A DNA stretch of 64,000 bases from a virus (IMGVR_UViG_2910510430_000001:1-64000), one strand, 5' to 3'; shown: positions 17,996-27,589, counted from the first letter of the stretch. The notes: generated by a model not told the origin, from the sequence alone. Numbers and translations are program-made.

Positions 17996-18478
17996 CTGCT
18001 GCTGGGGTGCGGCGACGCCGCGGAAGTAGCCACGGGACTGCAGGTCCCGGAGCAATCGGCGCGCGGCCTTTTGCGCGCTGGCGTCCAGGCGCTCGATCTC
18101 GGCGGCATGCTCGATCGCGGGCAAGACGATGTCGAGCGCTCGCGACAGGTCGCCGCCGTCGACGATGACCATGTAGTCGGATTCCACGATCGCCTGCAGG
18201 GCGTAGAAGGCGATCAGCCCGGCCTTGTCGGTCCGCATGCCCTCGGCGCGGAAGGGCGCCATGACCTCGTCGTGCAGGCGGATGATGCGGCGGAGAAGCT
18301 TCACCTGCTCCTTGCGCGGCAGATCCTCGACGGGCGCCACCGAGGCGAGCGCGAGGAGGCGCTCAGCCTCCTTCGCGTCGGGATGGTCGGGATCGTTCAC
18401 CCCGGCCACCAGGATCGAGAGGAGCATGTTCGGGAGCAAGCCGAACTCGACGCGCTGACGCTCGGACAGGTAGCTCAT
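17987..18478 (-). CDS. Hypothetical phage protein
   Basis: Helical ORF in PL operon, ATGA-coupled. Confidence 0.7.
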   Translation of the reverse strand: MSYLSERQRVEFGLLPNMLLSILVAGVNDPDHPDAKEAERLLALASVAPVEDLPRKEQVKLLRRIIRLHDEVMAPFRAEGMRTDKAGLIAFYALQAIVESDYMVIVDGGDLSRALDIVLPAIEHAAEIERLDASAQKAARRLLRDLQSRGYFRGVAAPQQQAA

Positions 18479-19008
18479 ACGTCGTAGCCCTGTCGCCAGA
18501 GACCATAGCGGCGGACGACCTCGTCGAACTTCTGGCCGGCAACCTCGTCATGGTCGAGGTGAGCCCGGGTCTTCACGCCGCAGGTCAGACGAAGGGCGTC
18601 GGCGACCTCCTTCGCGCTGCTCGCGTCCATGAAGGACTGGAAACCCTTGTCGTCGCAGAGCATGCCCGCGCGCTTGGCGCGGGCTCCCCCCTTCAGCTCG
18701 GGCTCTGCTGCTCGCTGCTGTTCCGGGGCGCTCTCCCCTTCAGCATCGGGCGATTGCGACGGACCATCCTCAGCATCCGGCGCCACGCCATCGCTTTGGT
18801 CATCTGCGGCTTGACCGGTCGGCCCCGCCTGAACTCGATCCTCATTCCGGTTCTCCTGCTGCACGGTTGCGGGGTTCACAAGATCCACGACGACGCAGCC
18901 GTCGATGACGCGGATCTCGTAGCTGTCCGCGTCGATCTGCTGATCGCCCAAGAGGGCGGCCATCGCTTCGCGGATTGGAAAAGTGTGACGGTGGATGACC
19001 TCAGGCAT
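18475..19008 (-). CDS. Hypothetical phage protein
   Basis: C-terminal AGMLCDD..FQSF...LRLTCGV.TRAHLD domain typical of phages. Confidence 0.7.
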   Translation of the reverse strand: MPEVIHRHTFPIREAMAALLGDQQIDADSYEIRVIDGCVVVDLVNPATVQQENRNEDRVQAGPTGQAADDQSDGVAPDAEDGPSQSPDAEGESAPEQQRAAEPELKGGARAKRAGMLCDDKGFQSFMDASSAKEVADALRLTCGVKTRAHLDHDEVAGQKFDEVVRRYGLWRQGYDV

Positions 19009-19342
19009 AGCGCGTGATCCTCAGCGGTCTGAAGAGGGCGTTCACAGGATCTGGGAAATCCATGTAGACGTTGGTCGGGGGCAGCCTTGACCCTTCACCG
19101 TGTTCAATCCGGACTTCCGGCTCGGTGAACATCGGCCGCAGAAGCTCCGGCAGCTTCGCGATCTCATTCTCGAACGTCTCCGAAGCTGCCTCCTGCATGC
19201 GCTGCCGAAGACGGTCGTCCAGAGGCTCGCCAAGAAAGTCCTCAACGGCCGCCCATATCCGGTCTCCGATCTGCGGGTGCACCGCCAGCGCCTCCTGCAT
19301 AGCCGCCTCTTGGCGAAGCGCGTCTCCGATAGGAAGCGTCAT
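19001..19342 (-). CDS. Hypothetical protein
   Basis: Overlapping operon member. Confidence 0.6.
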   Translation of the reverse strand: MTLPIGDALRQEAAMQEALAVHPQIGDRIWAAVEDFLGEPLDDRLRQRMQEAASETFENEIAKLPELLRPMFTEPEVRIEHGEGSRLPPTNVYMDFPDPVNALFRPLRITRYA

Positions 19343-19542
19343 GTCCGCCTCCGCTGCTTCTCCCCGCGCCTGCGGGCCGCTCGATTGAGCGGCGCCGTTT
19401 CGGGCGTCTGGACATCGTCGACCATCATGTTGCGAGGAGAATCCTCGACCATGCGGTTCTCATTGGCGCAGCAGATCTCCCGGATCTCGGTGCGCGGATC
19501 GGTCTGGCCGACGAAGAGGTGAGGGCAGTCGGGACAGCGCAT
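19339..19542 (-). CDS. Small Cys-containing hypothetical protein
   Basis: CPDCP and ICC; coupled on both sides. Confidence 0.55.
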   Translation of the reverse strand: MRCPDCPHLFVGQTDPRTEIREICCANENRMVEDSPRNMMVDDVQTPETAPLNRAARRRGEKQRRRT

Positions 19543-19865
19543 CAGTTGAGCCCTCCCTCGTGCTTCTTCAGTTCGCTCTCAGCCGCGCATTCGAGCGTCC
19601 GGTCGAACTGGTAGGAGAACTTGTTCAGGCAGCCGGCACAGTTGTGCCCGCCGTGCGATGCCGCGGAGATCCGAATGACCGCCATGCTGGCGATGTGGAT
19701 GATCTCGGCGACGAGCGCGCCGGCATCCCGGGTCGATTCGCAGCGGTCCACCGCGTCGGCGATCGCGTCTTCGATGACGCCGGAGGTCCGCTTGTCGACC
19801 GTCGCTGGGTTGCGCCGCATTTCGGCGGCGACCTGGTGGTAGGGGTTTGCGGTCATCAGAAGCAC
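19542..19865 (-). CDS. Hypothetical protein
   Basis: Operon member with RBS. Confidence 0.6.
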   Translation of the reverse strand: MLLMTANPYHQVAAEMRRNPATVDKRTSGVIEDAIADAVDRCESTRDAGALVAEIIHIASMAVIRISAASHGGHNCAGCLNKFSYQFDRTLECAAESELKKHEGGLN

Positions 19866-20362
19866 ACCTCCATACTCGGGATCGGCGCCTCATTTGCCGG
19901 GGTTAAAACGGCGTCCTCTTCGTCCCATCCGCGTGCTAGGCGTCGGGAAACCGTCGAATAGGGCGCGTAGGCGAAGTATTCGATCGCCGCCGCCAAGCTG
20001 AAGACATGGCCGCAGACGTTCACGACGCGATTGCGCCGCGTGTTGCGAGCTTGCTCTACTCGCGTCGCCCACCGGCAATTCTCGGGGCTATACCCGAGGG
20101 CATTCTCCCGCCGATCAAGCGAATGCTCGGGGCTGGGCTTCGACCCCATGTCTAGGAGGAAGCACTCAAACCCGGTCAGCCCATCCGAGCCTCGGAGCCA
20201 ACGATCGCAGACCGTTATTCCGCAGCCGCCATAGTCGCGATAGCGCGCCTGACGCTTGTTCAGACACCGGTTCTTCATCGCAGTGAAGGCCCGGTACTCC
20301 GGCGAATCTACCCGGCCTCCGCCGGCGAGCCGCCGTGTGTGGCCGTGGACAATCTTTTTCAT
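19856..20362 (-). CDS. HNH-type (homing) endonuclease
   Basis: AMKNRCLN...YGGCGITVCDRW...HSLDRRENALGYSPENCRWAT..EQARN; lower GC. Confidence 0.8.
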   Translation of the reverse strand: MKKIVHGHTRRLAGGGRVDSPEYRAFTAMKNRCLNKRQARYRDYGGCGITVCDRWLRGSDGLTGFECFLLDMGSKPSPEHSLDRRENALGYSPENCRWATRVEQARNTRRNRVVNVCGHVFSLAAAIEYFAYAPYSTVSRRLARGWDEEDAVLTPANEAPIPSMEVCF

Positions 20363-21474
20363 GGGGTCACCACCGTTAGATTCTTGGATGCGCGGGTGAC
20401 GGCCGTGTAGAGGTGCCGCGCCGCGTTCGCGCCGAAGAAGCGGCTCTCGTCGAACACGACCACGTCGTCCCACTGCGAGCCTTGGCTTTTGTGGCAGGTG
20501 ATGGCGTAGCCGTAGTCGAACTGCTGGGTGCGCTTGAGAGACTTGAACGGGATCTCCTCGATCCGCGCCTTGCCCTGAAAGAAGTGCTCGTAGACCGACG
20601 CCTTGAACGCTTCGCGGCCCGGGTCCTCAGGGTCGTGCATCGTGAAGTTCAGCACCCGGCCGTGCTCTGTCCGGCGCGGCCTGCGAACCTTCTTCACGCG
20701 GAAGGTCTCGCCGTTCGAGATCTTCAGGTTCCTGTCGTTCCGCAGGCAGATGAGCGTCTCGCCCACCTGCGGCGTGTCGCCCTCGAAGCCGGAGATCTCG
20801 CGAAGCCTGTGATTGTAGCGTTCGCGGGTGGCGTTCCTGCCGACGATCACGGCGCCCGCCGCCGGCACCAATGCCGGGTCGAGTTCCGTCTTGCGGCAGA
20901 TGGTCAGCCCGTCGAGCTGACGTGGTCGACCGTCGAACCGTCCCTCGCGCACTTCCGTGGCGAGCTGGATGATGGGGCTGTCGGCCGCCTGCCGGTGGAC
21001 GTCGGTCAACATGAAGGCCGGCTCGCTGGCGGTGAAGAAGCCTGCGCCCTTCACCGGTGGCAGCTGGCCGGGATCGCCCAGCACAAGCACCGGAATGTCG
21101 AAGGAGAGGAGATCCCGTGCGAGTTCCTCGTCGACCATCGAGCACTCGTCGATGACGATCAGGCTGGCGTTGCGAACCCGCACGTCGGTCATGTGAAGCG
21201 TCACCTGGCCAGTCTTCTCATCCACCTCGGGGTGGTAGATAAGCGAGTGGATCGTCGAGGCCTTCTCGCAGCCGTTCGCCCGCATGACCTTGGCGGCCTT
21301 GCCGGTATAGGCGGCATAGCGCACCTCGCCGTTCACCTGCTCGGCGATCGTCCTGGCGATCGTGGTCTTGCCGGTGCCGGCAAAGCCCGCGAGGTAGAAG
21401 AAGGGCGCGTAGCGGATGCGCAGCCAGGCCGTCACCTTGGCGTAGGCATCCTGCTGCTGGGGAGCGAGCTTCAT
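20359..21474 (-). CDS. Dda/RecD-like superfamily 1B helicase
   Basis: GFAGTGKT, IVIDECSMV, GDPGQLPPV, YAITCHKSQGS, YTAVTRA. Confidence 0.9.
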   Translation of the reverse strand: MKLAPQQQDAYAKVTAWLRIRYAPFFYLAGFAGTGKTTIARTIAEQVNGEVRYAAYTGKAAKVMRANGCEKASTIHSLIYHPEVDEKTGQVTLHMTDVRVRNASLIVIDECSMVDEELARDLLSFDIPVLVLGDPGQLPPVKGAGFFTASEPAFMLTDVHRQAADSPIIQLATEVREGRFDGRPRQLDGLTICRKTELDPALVPAAGAVIVGRNATRERYNHRLREISGFEGDTPQVGETLICLRNDRNLKISNGETFRVKKVRRPRRTEHGRVLNFTMHDPEDPGREAFKASVYEHFFQGKARIEEIPFKSLKRTQQFDYGYAITCHKSQGSQWDDVVVFDESRFFGANAARHLYTAVTRASKNLTVVTP

Positions 21475-21662
21475 GGCTTCCCGCCTTCCTTGGCAGTCAT
21501 CGCCATTTCCTCCAGCTCTCGGGCCGCAAGTTCAATCCCTCTTTCGATGACCGACGTGAGGGAAATCGCGTAAGGCCCAACTTGCGAGGCGGCATCAAGC
21601 CGAGCGCGCGCCTCCGTTGAAAGGCGGACAGTAAGCGATGTGCTCTTCTGCTGCTCAGCCAT
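21471..21662 (-). CDS. Arc/RHH-like DNA-binding protein
   Basis: SLTVRLSTEARARLDAA...SLTSVIERGI. Confidence 0.6.
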   Translation of the reverse strand: MAEQQKSTSLTVRLSTEARARLDAASQVGPYAISLTSVIERGIELAARELEEMAMTAKEGGKP

Positions 21663-21984
21663 CAGACCCGACCTCCACCCCCAGCTGCGACAGCTCGACG
21701 TCGACGTCGATCAGCTTGTCTGCGGCGATCTCCGCAAGGAGGTCGACGAGGCGCTTGGAGGCGTCCTCCTCGCGAAAGCCGAGGCGATTGAAGATGCCGG
21801 CCAGAGAGAGGTCGCTCGCCAAGCCCAGGCCAGTGATGGGATCTCGCTCATCGCCGTCGTAGACGACCTTGGTGTTCGGCAGGCCGACGACGCGGCTCGC
21901 ATTACGAAGCGCGCGAGCGACTTCCGCGTAACCCTTACGGCGTTCGAGGAGACGGCCGGCTTCGTGGATCTGCGATGGGGTCAT
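21655..21984 (-). CDS. Hypothetical protein
   Basis: GGAG RBS before ATG 21984. Confidence 0.6.
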   Translation of the reverse strand: MTPSQIHEAGRLLERRKGYAEVARALRNASRVVGLPNTKVVYDGDERDPITGLGLASDLSLAGIFNRLGFREEDASKRLVDLLAEIAADKLIDVDVELSQLGVEVGSDG

Positions 21985-22322
21985 GAGAACCTCCTGATGG
22001 ATTTGAAAATCTCGTGGGCTTCGCGAAGGCGCTTCAGGCCTTCTTCGCGGGCTTCGGTTGCCCGGATCACGTCCTCGCGGACCTCTGGGGTCCACGGGGC
22101 AAGCCAGCTGCCCGGCACCCGTTCGGTGCGGTAGGGCCCTTTGCCGGCGGAGGTGCCGATGGCGCGCAGCTTCACGGCATGGAACCGCTCGCCATACGGG
22201 CACCGCTCACCCGTCACGCCGCTTACATATTCGCCGACGCTGAAGGCGCTCATCTGCGGATGGCAGACGAAGACCCTGTCGCCGGGCCGCAGTGGTGGGA
22301 GATCGGGAGGGCGGCGCGGCAT
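21981..22322 (-). CDS. Hypothetical protein
   Basis: Coupled operon member. Confidence 0.55.
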   Translation of the reverse strand: MPRRPPDLPPLRPGDRVFVCHPQMSAFSVGEYVSGVTGERCPYGERFHAVKLRAIGTSAGKGPYRTERVPGSWLAPWTPEVREDVIRATEAREEGLKRLREAHEIFKSIRRFS

Positions 22323-22325
22323 TGG

Positions 22326-23051
22326 TCAGCCCTCACCACGGCGGCCTAGTTCCCGCCGCGCGTTGAACTTCACGTCTTCCTTGAGGTCGTTCTTGTCGCT
22401 AACGATCCACTGCAGGTAGTCGAGCGGCAGGTCTGAGAAGCGCGTCCCCGAATGCTTGCCGAACGGGATCGTCAGCATGCGGCGGGGCTCCTTCGAGACC
22501 TTGAGCAAGGCTTCGAGCCGGTATTCGGCGAGGAGCGCCAGCAGGATGTGCGCGGTGACGTAGGTGTCTGGCCCGGCGCGGTGCGACGGGTGCGACTTCG
22601 GATCGTCGTATTCGACCAGGTTCTTCGCGTAGCGAATCGTCTGGTTCTTGTGGTTCGGCAGGTCAGGCCAGATCGCAGCAGCCGCCTTCATCGTGCAGAT
22701 GAAGGGCGTTCGCTTGTCCGGGAAGAACGCGGAATCGAACTCGGCGTGATGGGCGGCGAGATAGTCGACGCCCTCCAGGAGCTGCGGCAGCCGCTGGGAA
22801 AACTCCGGCTTGCCGACCAGCATGTCCTGGACGATGTGATGAACGCCCATCGCCGCCGGCTCGATGTCACAGGTGACGTCGCACAGCTCGGAGTGCGGGC
22901 CGTCCTCGATCTGCCAGCCTTGGCCGGGGAAAAGCCGGACGTCGGTCCAGCCGATCTCGATGACCTCGGCGTCGACGGCCATGCCGGTCGTCTCGGTGTC
23001 GATCACGCGGACGAGCGTGAAGGGCGCGGCATCCTCAGGAGTGCGCAGCAT
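22326..23051 (-). CDS. DEDDh 3'-5' exonuclease (ExoX-like) with C-terminal FGKH domain
   Basis: VIDTETTG, AHHAEFD, HRAGPDT, MLTIPFGKHSG. Confidence 0.9.
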   Translation of the reverse strand: MLRTPEDAAPFTLVRVIDTETTGMAVDAEVIEIGWTDVRLFPGQGWQIEDGPHSELCDVTCDIEPAAMGVHHIVQDMLVGKPEFSQRLPQLLEGVDYLAAHHAEFDSAFFPDKRTPFICTMKAAAAIWPDLPNHKNQTIRYAKNLVEYDDPKSHPSHRAGPDTYVTAHILLALLAEYRLEALLKVSKEPRRMLTIPFGKHSGTRFSDLPLDYLQWIVSDKNDLKEDVKFNARRELGRRGEG

Positions 23052-23214
23052 GAGCACCCTCCTTGACCAGCTTGGTCTTGGCGTAGGCGAGGCGCTGGCC
23101 TTTATGCCGCGCCTGCGCCGCTTCCCGGGCCGCCGCAGGCGACCCGCTGTCGACGTCGAGGGTCTTGGCCTCGCCCGTCTCGACAATCGTGAAGTGGACG
23201 CGGAAGAGGGGCAT
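23035..23214 (-). CDS. Small hypothetical protein
   Basis: Coupled to recT stop. Confidence 0.5.
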   Translation of the reverse strand: MPLFRVHFTIVETGEAKTLDVDSGSPAAAREAAQARHKGQRLAYAKTKLVKEGAHAAHS

Positions 23215-24284
23215 CAGCCTTCCTCCCCTTCGCCCTCGCCGGCATCGGCCGGGTTGTCGTAGCCGTCCAGCCAAGCGGCCTGCAGGCGCTCGTCGTTGCG
23301 GAACTTCGCCGGCATGGACTTGCGGGCCATGTTCTTCGCCCGCGCCTCACGGCCGGCGGCTGCAGCCTCGTCGATGGCATCGACCTCGGCGCTCGCGTCG
23401 GACTGGTCGGCCTGCTGCTGCTGCTCGGCCTTCTTGTCCTGCGCAGGCTTCGCGTCGGCCTTCTGCTTGCGCTCGATCGTCTCGGTCTGAGCATCCTCGA
23501 TGATCTCGCCGGTGTTCGGATCGTGCGCGACGTCGTCGCTCTCGTCCGCGATCGCGTCGAGGCGGCCGGCGAGGGAGCGAGCCCGCTCCTGCTGCTCGTC
23601 CCGCTGGGCGCCCTCGGTGTTGAGATCGTAGAGGTGATCGTCCCGGCGGATGAGGTCATCGAGATCCGACGACATCGGCAGTACCTTCGAGTGCCGTCGG
23701 GCAACCGTCTTCTTCGCCATTTCCGGATAGAAGGTCGGGTCCTTCCACGGGCCGTTCTGCGCCCGCGACTTCTTGCGGATCTCCTCGACCTCGCTGACCG
23801 ACATGACGTCACGGCTCTTCTCGCCGCTCTTCAGCGTGGCGACCGAATAGACCGCGATCAGCTTGCCCCGTGCCTGGAGCGTCGGCCTGTGCTTGATGTA
23901 GGGGTTGTCGCCCAGCTCGAACTCGAACAGGTCGTTCTCGTAGGCCGCCTGCACGTCCCAAGTGGCGATCTCGCCCGAGTTGCGGACCTTCTTACGGATG
24001 CCGCCGATCATCGGCATCCACGTCACTTCGCCTTTGTAGGGCACCATGGCGCCCTCGCGCCCGTCCGGCAGAAGGCCGTCCTGAGCGGCCTTCATGGCGG
24101 AGTTCCAGAGCGAGCTCCGCGTGCATTCGAGCAGCGTCGGGTTCTGCTGGATGGCGGTCATGACGACGCGCTCGAACCGCTCGGGCGGGATGTGCGATGG
24201 CAGGGCGCGGGTGAACTCCGCGGTCATCCGGCCCATCTGCGCCCGCACCTCGACGACCGCGGTCTTGTTTGCCTGTCTGGCCAT
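23214..24284 (-). CDS. recT: RecT-family single-strand annealing protein
   Basis: AAQDGLLPDGREGAMVPY, EMAKKTVARR; next to YqaJ exonuclease. Confidence 0.9.
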   Translation of the reverse strand: MARQANKTAVVEVRAQMGRMTAEFTRALPSHIPPERFERVVMTAIQQNPTLLECTRSSLWNSAMKAAQDGLLPDGREGAMVPYKGEVTWMPMIGGIRKKVRNSGEIATWDVQAAYENDLFEFELGDNPYIKHRPTLQARGKLIAVYSVATLKSGEKSRDVMSVSEVEEIRKKSRAQNGPWKDPTFYPEMAKKTVARRHSKVLPMSSDLDDLIRRDDHLYDLNTEGAQRDEQQERARSLAGRLDAIADESDDVAHDPNTGEIIEDAQTETIERKQKADAKPAQDKKAEQQQQADQSDASAEVDAIDEAAAAGREARAKNMARKSMPAKFRNDERLQAAWLDGYDNPADAGEGEGEEG

Positions 24285-24309
24285 GTGGGATCTCCTGTCG
24301 CTCGCCGCC

Positions 24310-25089
24310 TCAGCGGAACGAGGCCTTGGTTTCCTTGAAGAAGGTCACGCCCTTGACGGCGACCGTGTCCTTGTTCTTGCGAGCGAAGGCGTTGACCGCC
24401 TTGTCGATTTCGGCGGTCGAGAAGACCGAGCGAAGCTTGTTCAGGTCGACCTTCGAGTAGTCGTCGACCTTGCCGACCCACTTGCCGGTCGTGGACACTG
24501 TCCCGGCGCCGGTGCGCGTGCGGGTGAGGTCGGCGGACGATGCCGTTGCCTGCCGCGCAAGTCTTTCGGCACGCTCAGCGGCCTCGGACGCTTCCTGCTC
24601 GGCGATCTCACGGCTCACGCTGCCGGCGTTCGCGTCGGCGGCCTCCTGCGCCTTCTGGCGGGCCTCCTCCTGCGCCTTCTCGTGCTCGGCAGCGATGCGG
24701 CGGCGCTCGGCCGCTTCCTGGGCGCGCTGGAATGCGGTCGTGCGATCGGTCAGGACGGTCTTGATCCGGTCCAGACGATCGGTGAGCACGCGGAAGAAGG
24801 CGTTGGTCTCGCGCTGGGCCTTGAGGTGCGGTTCGTTCTCTTCCGACCGGTTCCCCTCGGCGGTCTTCGCCAGCTCGCGGCTTTCCTTGACGATCTTCGT
24901 CGCCGCCTCGATGTCCTCGTCAGTCGCGAACTCCTTCGGCAGGGCATCCGCCTTCTTCGCGACCGCGTCGATGTCGCCGATCAGCGAGCCGTAGGAATCC
25001 TTCAGCACCTCGTCGCGTGGTGGTCGGTTGTCGCCAGCGACTGCCCGCGGGTTCTCCGCGGCGTCGGCCGTCGTCTCAGAAACTGCCAT
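24310..25089 (-). CDS. Coiled-coil phage protein (Gam/Gp157-like position)
   Basis: Long heptad helix; lies between exonuclease and recT. Confidence 0.6.
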   Translation of the reverse strand: MAVSETTADAAENPRAVAGDNRPPRDEVLKDSYGSLIGDIDAVAKKADALPKEFATDEDIEAATKIVKESRELAKTAEGNRSEENEPHLKAQRETNAFFRVLTDRLDRIKTVLTDRTTAFQRAQEAAERRRIAAEHEKAQEEARQKAQEAADANAGSVSREIAEQEASEAAERAERLARQATASSADLTRTRTGAGTVSTTGKWVGKVDDYSKVDLNKLRSVFSTAEIDKAVNAFARKNKDTVAVKGVTFFKETKASFR

Positions 25090-26029
25090 CGTAGGATTCC
25101 TTCTTCGGTTTGATGCGCAGGACGCGAGTGGTCGTCGCCTTGACGACGTGGCCGGGCCTGCGCTGGGTGGATGCGGTGATGTCGAAGCGCTCGGTCTCGC
25201 CGCACTCGGCGTTTCCGAGCGCGTAGATCAGCTGCGGTTTCAGCTCGTCGCGGAGCGCGGTGGCGTCGCGGATCGCCTCGCCGGCGCGCTGATATTCGTC
25301 GATGAGCGCGTCGACCCCGGCGACACCGGTGAGATCGATCCGGTCTGGCTCGCTCTCCTCGAACACGCGCATGATGGTCCGGCCGTCACGCCCCCAATCG
25401 GGGTCCATTTCCTCGCCGGATTCGACGATCGCCCAGAACTCGGCGACTGCTCGCTTGATGCGTTTCCAGACGCCGTCGTGGATCGGCATGTCGATCGGCT
25501 CGAGGTCGAGCGTGCCCTCGCCGACAACGAGCGGGGCGATCGTCGCCCACGCGGCGCCGGTGAGCTTCGCCTCGATCAGCGTCTGGACGGCGATCCACAG
25601 CGGCGGCACAACGTCGCCGGTGTCCGGATCCACCCACTTCGTCCGGAACGCCGGACGGGACACGGTCTTCACCTGGATGACGCCGCGGCCCTGAATGTCG
25701 TCGCGGTAACCGAAGGCGTCAGGCGTGCAGCCGATGCGGAGGTCGGTGTCCCGGGTGTAGGCGCGGTCGTTCTTGTAATCGATCGTCCAGTTCGGACGCT
25801 CCTCGCGCAGCAAGTCGATCGCTACCGGCTCCAGCAGGCGTCCACGCTGCATCGGCTTGGTCTCTTCGAGATCGCGTGACACGCGGCCGGTCTTCTCGGC
25901 CCAGAGCGAATAGGCGGTGACGTATTCGTGGACGCCGAGGAGGGCGCCGGCGACGGAGGCGGTCACATCCTTCGAGCGCGCCTTGTGCCAGGCAGCCTCG
26001 TCCTTCGGGAGGATGGTGCGAATGGTCAT
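25076..26029 (-). CDS. YqaJ/lambda-exo-like exonuclease
   Basis: VTASVAGALLG, RGRLLEP, GCTPDA...QVKT PD-(D/E)xK-like motif. Confidence 0.88.
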   Translation of the reverse strand: MTIRTILPKDEAAWHKARSKDVTASVAGALLGVHEYVTAYSLWAEKTGRVSRDLEETKPMQRGRLLEPVAIDLLREERPNWTIDYKNDRAYTRDTDLRIGCTPDAFGYRDDIQGRGVIQVKTVSRPAFRTKWVDPDTGDVVPPLWIAVQTLIEAKLTGAAWATIAPLVVGEGTLDLEPIDMPIHDGVWKRIKRAVAEFWAIVESGEEMDPDWGRDGRTIMRVFEESEPDRIDLTGVAGVDALIDEYQRAGEAIRDATALRDELKPQLIYALGNAECGETERFDITASTQRRPGHVVKATTTRVLRIKPKKESYDGSF

Positions 26030-26190
26030 CGTGCGGAGACGCCCGCCTCGAACGACCGCGCCAGGCCGGTCGCATAGCTCGTGGCGAGAATGGCCATGAC
26101 AGCCTGCGCGTCGGCGACCGCGAGGCGGTCACCGCGCATCCACGCGGCGATCAGGTCCTTGGCGTTTCGTGATGGTGGGAAAACCGGCAT
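26026..26190 (-). CDS. First PL gene, 54-aa hypothetical (below ORF-track cutoff)
   Basis: AAGGAG RBS; MPVFPPSRNAKDLIAAW...; stop overlaps YqaJ start. Confidence 0.6.
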   Translation of the reverse strand: MPVFPPSRNAKDLIAAWMRGDRLAVADAQAVMAILATSYATGLARSFEAGVSAR

Positions 26191-26212
26191 CGGCTAATCT
26201 CCTTCGCCGGGA

Positions 26213-26265
26213 GTTAGCGCCAAACGCCAATGTCCTGTCAAGCAAATATTCGCAAAAAATGCTAA
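26213..26265 (-). promoter_or_regulatory. PL promoter with operators OL1/OL2
   Basis: TTGACA (26241-26236), 17 nt, GCTAAC; TTAGC-N7-GCCAA (26214) and TTCGC-N7-GCTAA (26249). Confidence 0.8.
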
Positions 26266-26599
26266 GGTTCTGATCGCGCTGAATGACAGCCTCGCGCGGA
26301 TACGCCAACCCCGGAAGTCAGGCGCGGCGTTTCGGATGGGCTCGCCGAGAGCCCATTCCTGCCCTGAAGGGCCGTCACGTTAGACGATCACCCACAGCGT
26401 CCGTGTCGACGTGTGAGGAAGATCTCCAACGTGGAAATAATCGCTAACGTAGGGGTTCTTTGTCCGCGCGGCGCACGCCTACGGGTGCGCGCACGTGAAC
26501 GATCTCCGCCGTCAGATCAAGACGGAAAATCGCAGAGCTTTCTCGCTGTGGAGAAGCTAATTCGACGCGGAAAGAGGAGGCTGCTTCGGTGGCCTGCGC

Positions 26600-26881
26600 C
26601 TACCTGGCCCGCTCTCGGGCCCACTGCACGCAGTCGGGCAGAATAGCCTTCATCGGCTGCACCTGCGTGTCTGGATAGTGCCCAGCCACCTTGATGCAGG
26701 CGTTGAGGTGCTGGTACTCCACGCCAACTTCGTCTGCGTAGGGCTGCAGAAGTTCCGACCGGACGAAAAGCCCGAGCTCGTTGTATTCCTGCGCCGTCAT
26801 GTCTTTTACCGCGTCGTAGCCACTGGCTGCGAGGGCCGGCGCGGCGCCTGCGACGATGATTGCTGCGACGAGGGATCTCAT
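26600..26881 (-). CDS. Exported protein co-transcribed with cI
   Basis: Signal peptide MRSLVAAIIVAGAAPALAA; ATGA overlap with cI stop. Confidence 0.7.
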   Translation of the reverse strand: MRSLVAAIIVAGAAPALAASGYDAVKDMTAQEYNELGLFVRSELLQPYADEVGVEYQHLNACIKVAGHYPDTQVQPMKAILPDCVQWARERAR

Positions 26882-27501
26882 GCGGGGCTCCTCAGTGCCG
26901 ATGATACCTTGGTCCGTCGGAACTGGCTGGCGGGGATGATGGTGAAGATCTCGCCGATCCACTCCAGGGCAACCCCGGTGATCGGCCGGGCATTCCAACT
27001 CAACAGGGCGATGTCGTCGCCGTCGCGCATGATCTGCTTGAGGTAGCGCCTGCCGTCCATCGTCCGGACTGCGGCCTCCTCACCGAAGAACGTATAGATG
27101 GGCCGGCGCTGCTCCGTGAAGACGAGGATGACGTCGCCCTCGTTGAAGCGCGGCAGCATCGAGTCGCCACGCACCTCGAAAGCCACGATACCGTCAGGCA
27201 CGGGGAAGGGGATCTCGACCTGGTGCAGGCCTTCCGGCGGCACCTGCTCGAACTCCGGTTCGATCTCGGCGCCCGCGCCGATGTAACCCATCACCGGGAC
27301 CTCGTGCTTATCGGACCCGCCCACCAGCTCGTCCGGCCGCACCCGCAGGATCTTCGCGATCTGCTCAAGGCGGGCGCCAGACGGAACCGACGATTTGCGC
27401 TCGATGCGGTTCATCGTGGTGACGTGCACCCCAAGCGCCTCGGCGAGGTCCACCTGGGACATCCCGCGCAATTTTCTGATTGAGGCGATCTCGTTAGACA
27501 T
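26878..27501 (-). CDS. cI: CI-like repressor (HTH + S24 peptidase)
   Basis: HTH LRKLRGMSQVDLAEALGV; AG cleavage site (GAGA), Ser (GDSM), Lys (YLKQ). Confidence 0.93.
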   Translation of the reverse strand: MSNEIASIRKLRGMSQVDLAEALGVHVTTMNRIERKSSVPSGARLEQIAKILRVRPDELVGGSDKHEVPVMGYIGAGAEIEPEFEQVPPEGLHQVEIPFPVPDGIVAFEVRGDSMLPRFNEGDVILVFTEQRRPIYTFFGEEAAVRTMDGRRYLKQIMRDGDDIALLSWNARPITGVALEWIGEIFTIIPASQFRRTKVSSALRSPA

Positions 27502-27510
27502 TTCATAGCC

Positions 27511-27589
27511 TTAGCGTCCGGCGCCTATAAAATCATTGGCAAAGCGCGCTAATGATGCTTGACAGGGCCTTAGCGAATGTTGCTAAGGT
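27511..27589 (+). promoter_or_regulatory. PR/PRM region with operators OR3, OR2, OR1
   Basis: TTAGC-N7-GCCTA (27511), TTGGC-N7-GCTAA (27536), perfect TTAGC-N7-GCTAA (27570); TTGACA 27559, 17 nt, GCTAAG. Confidence 0.82.

Noticed and set aside
20359-26029. Helicase/ExoX/RecT/YqaJ block as a novel system
   Set aside because: Ordinary Red-like recombination module of temperate phages
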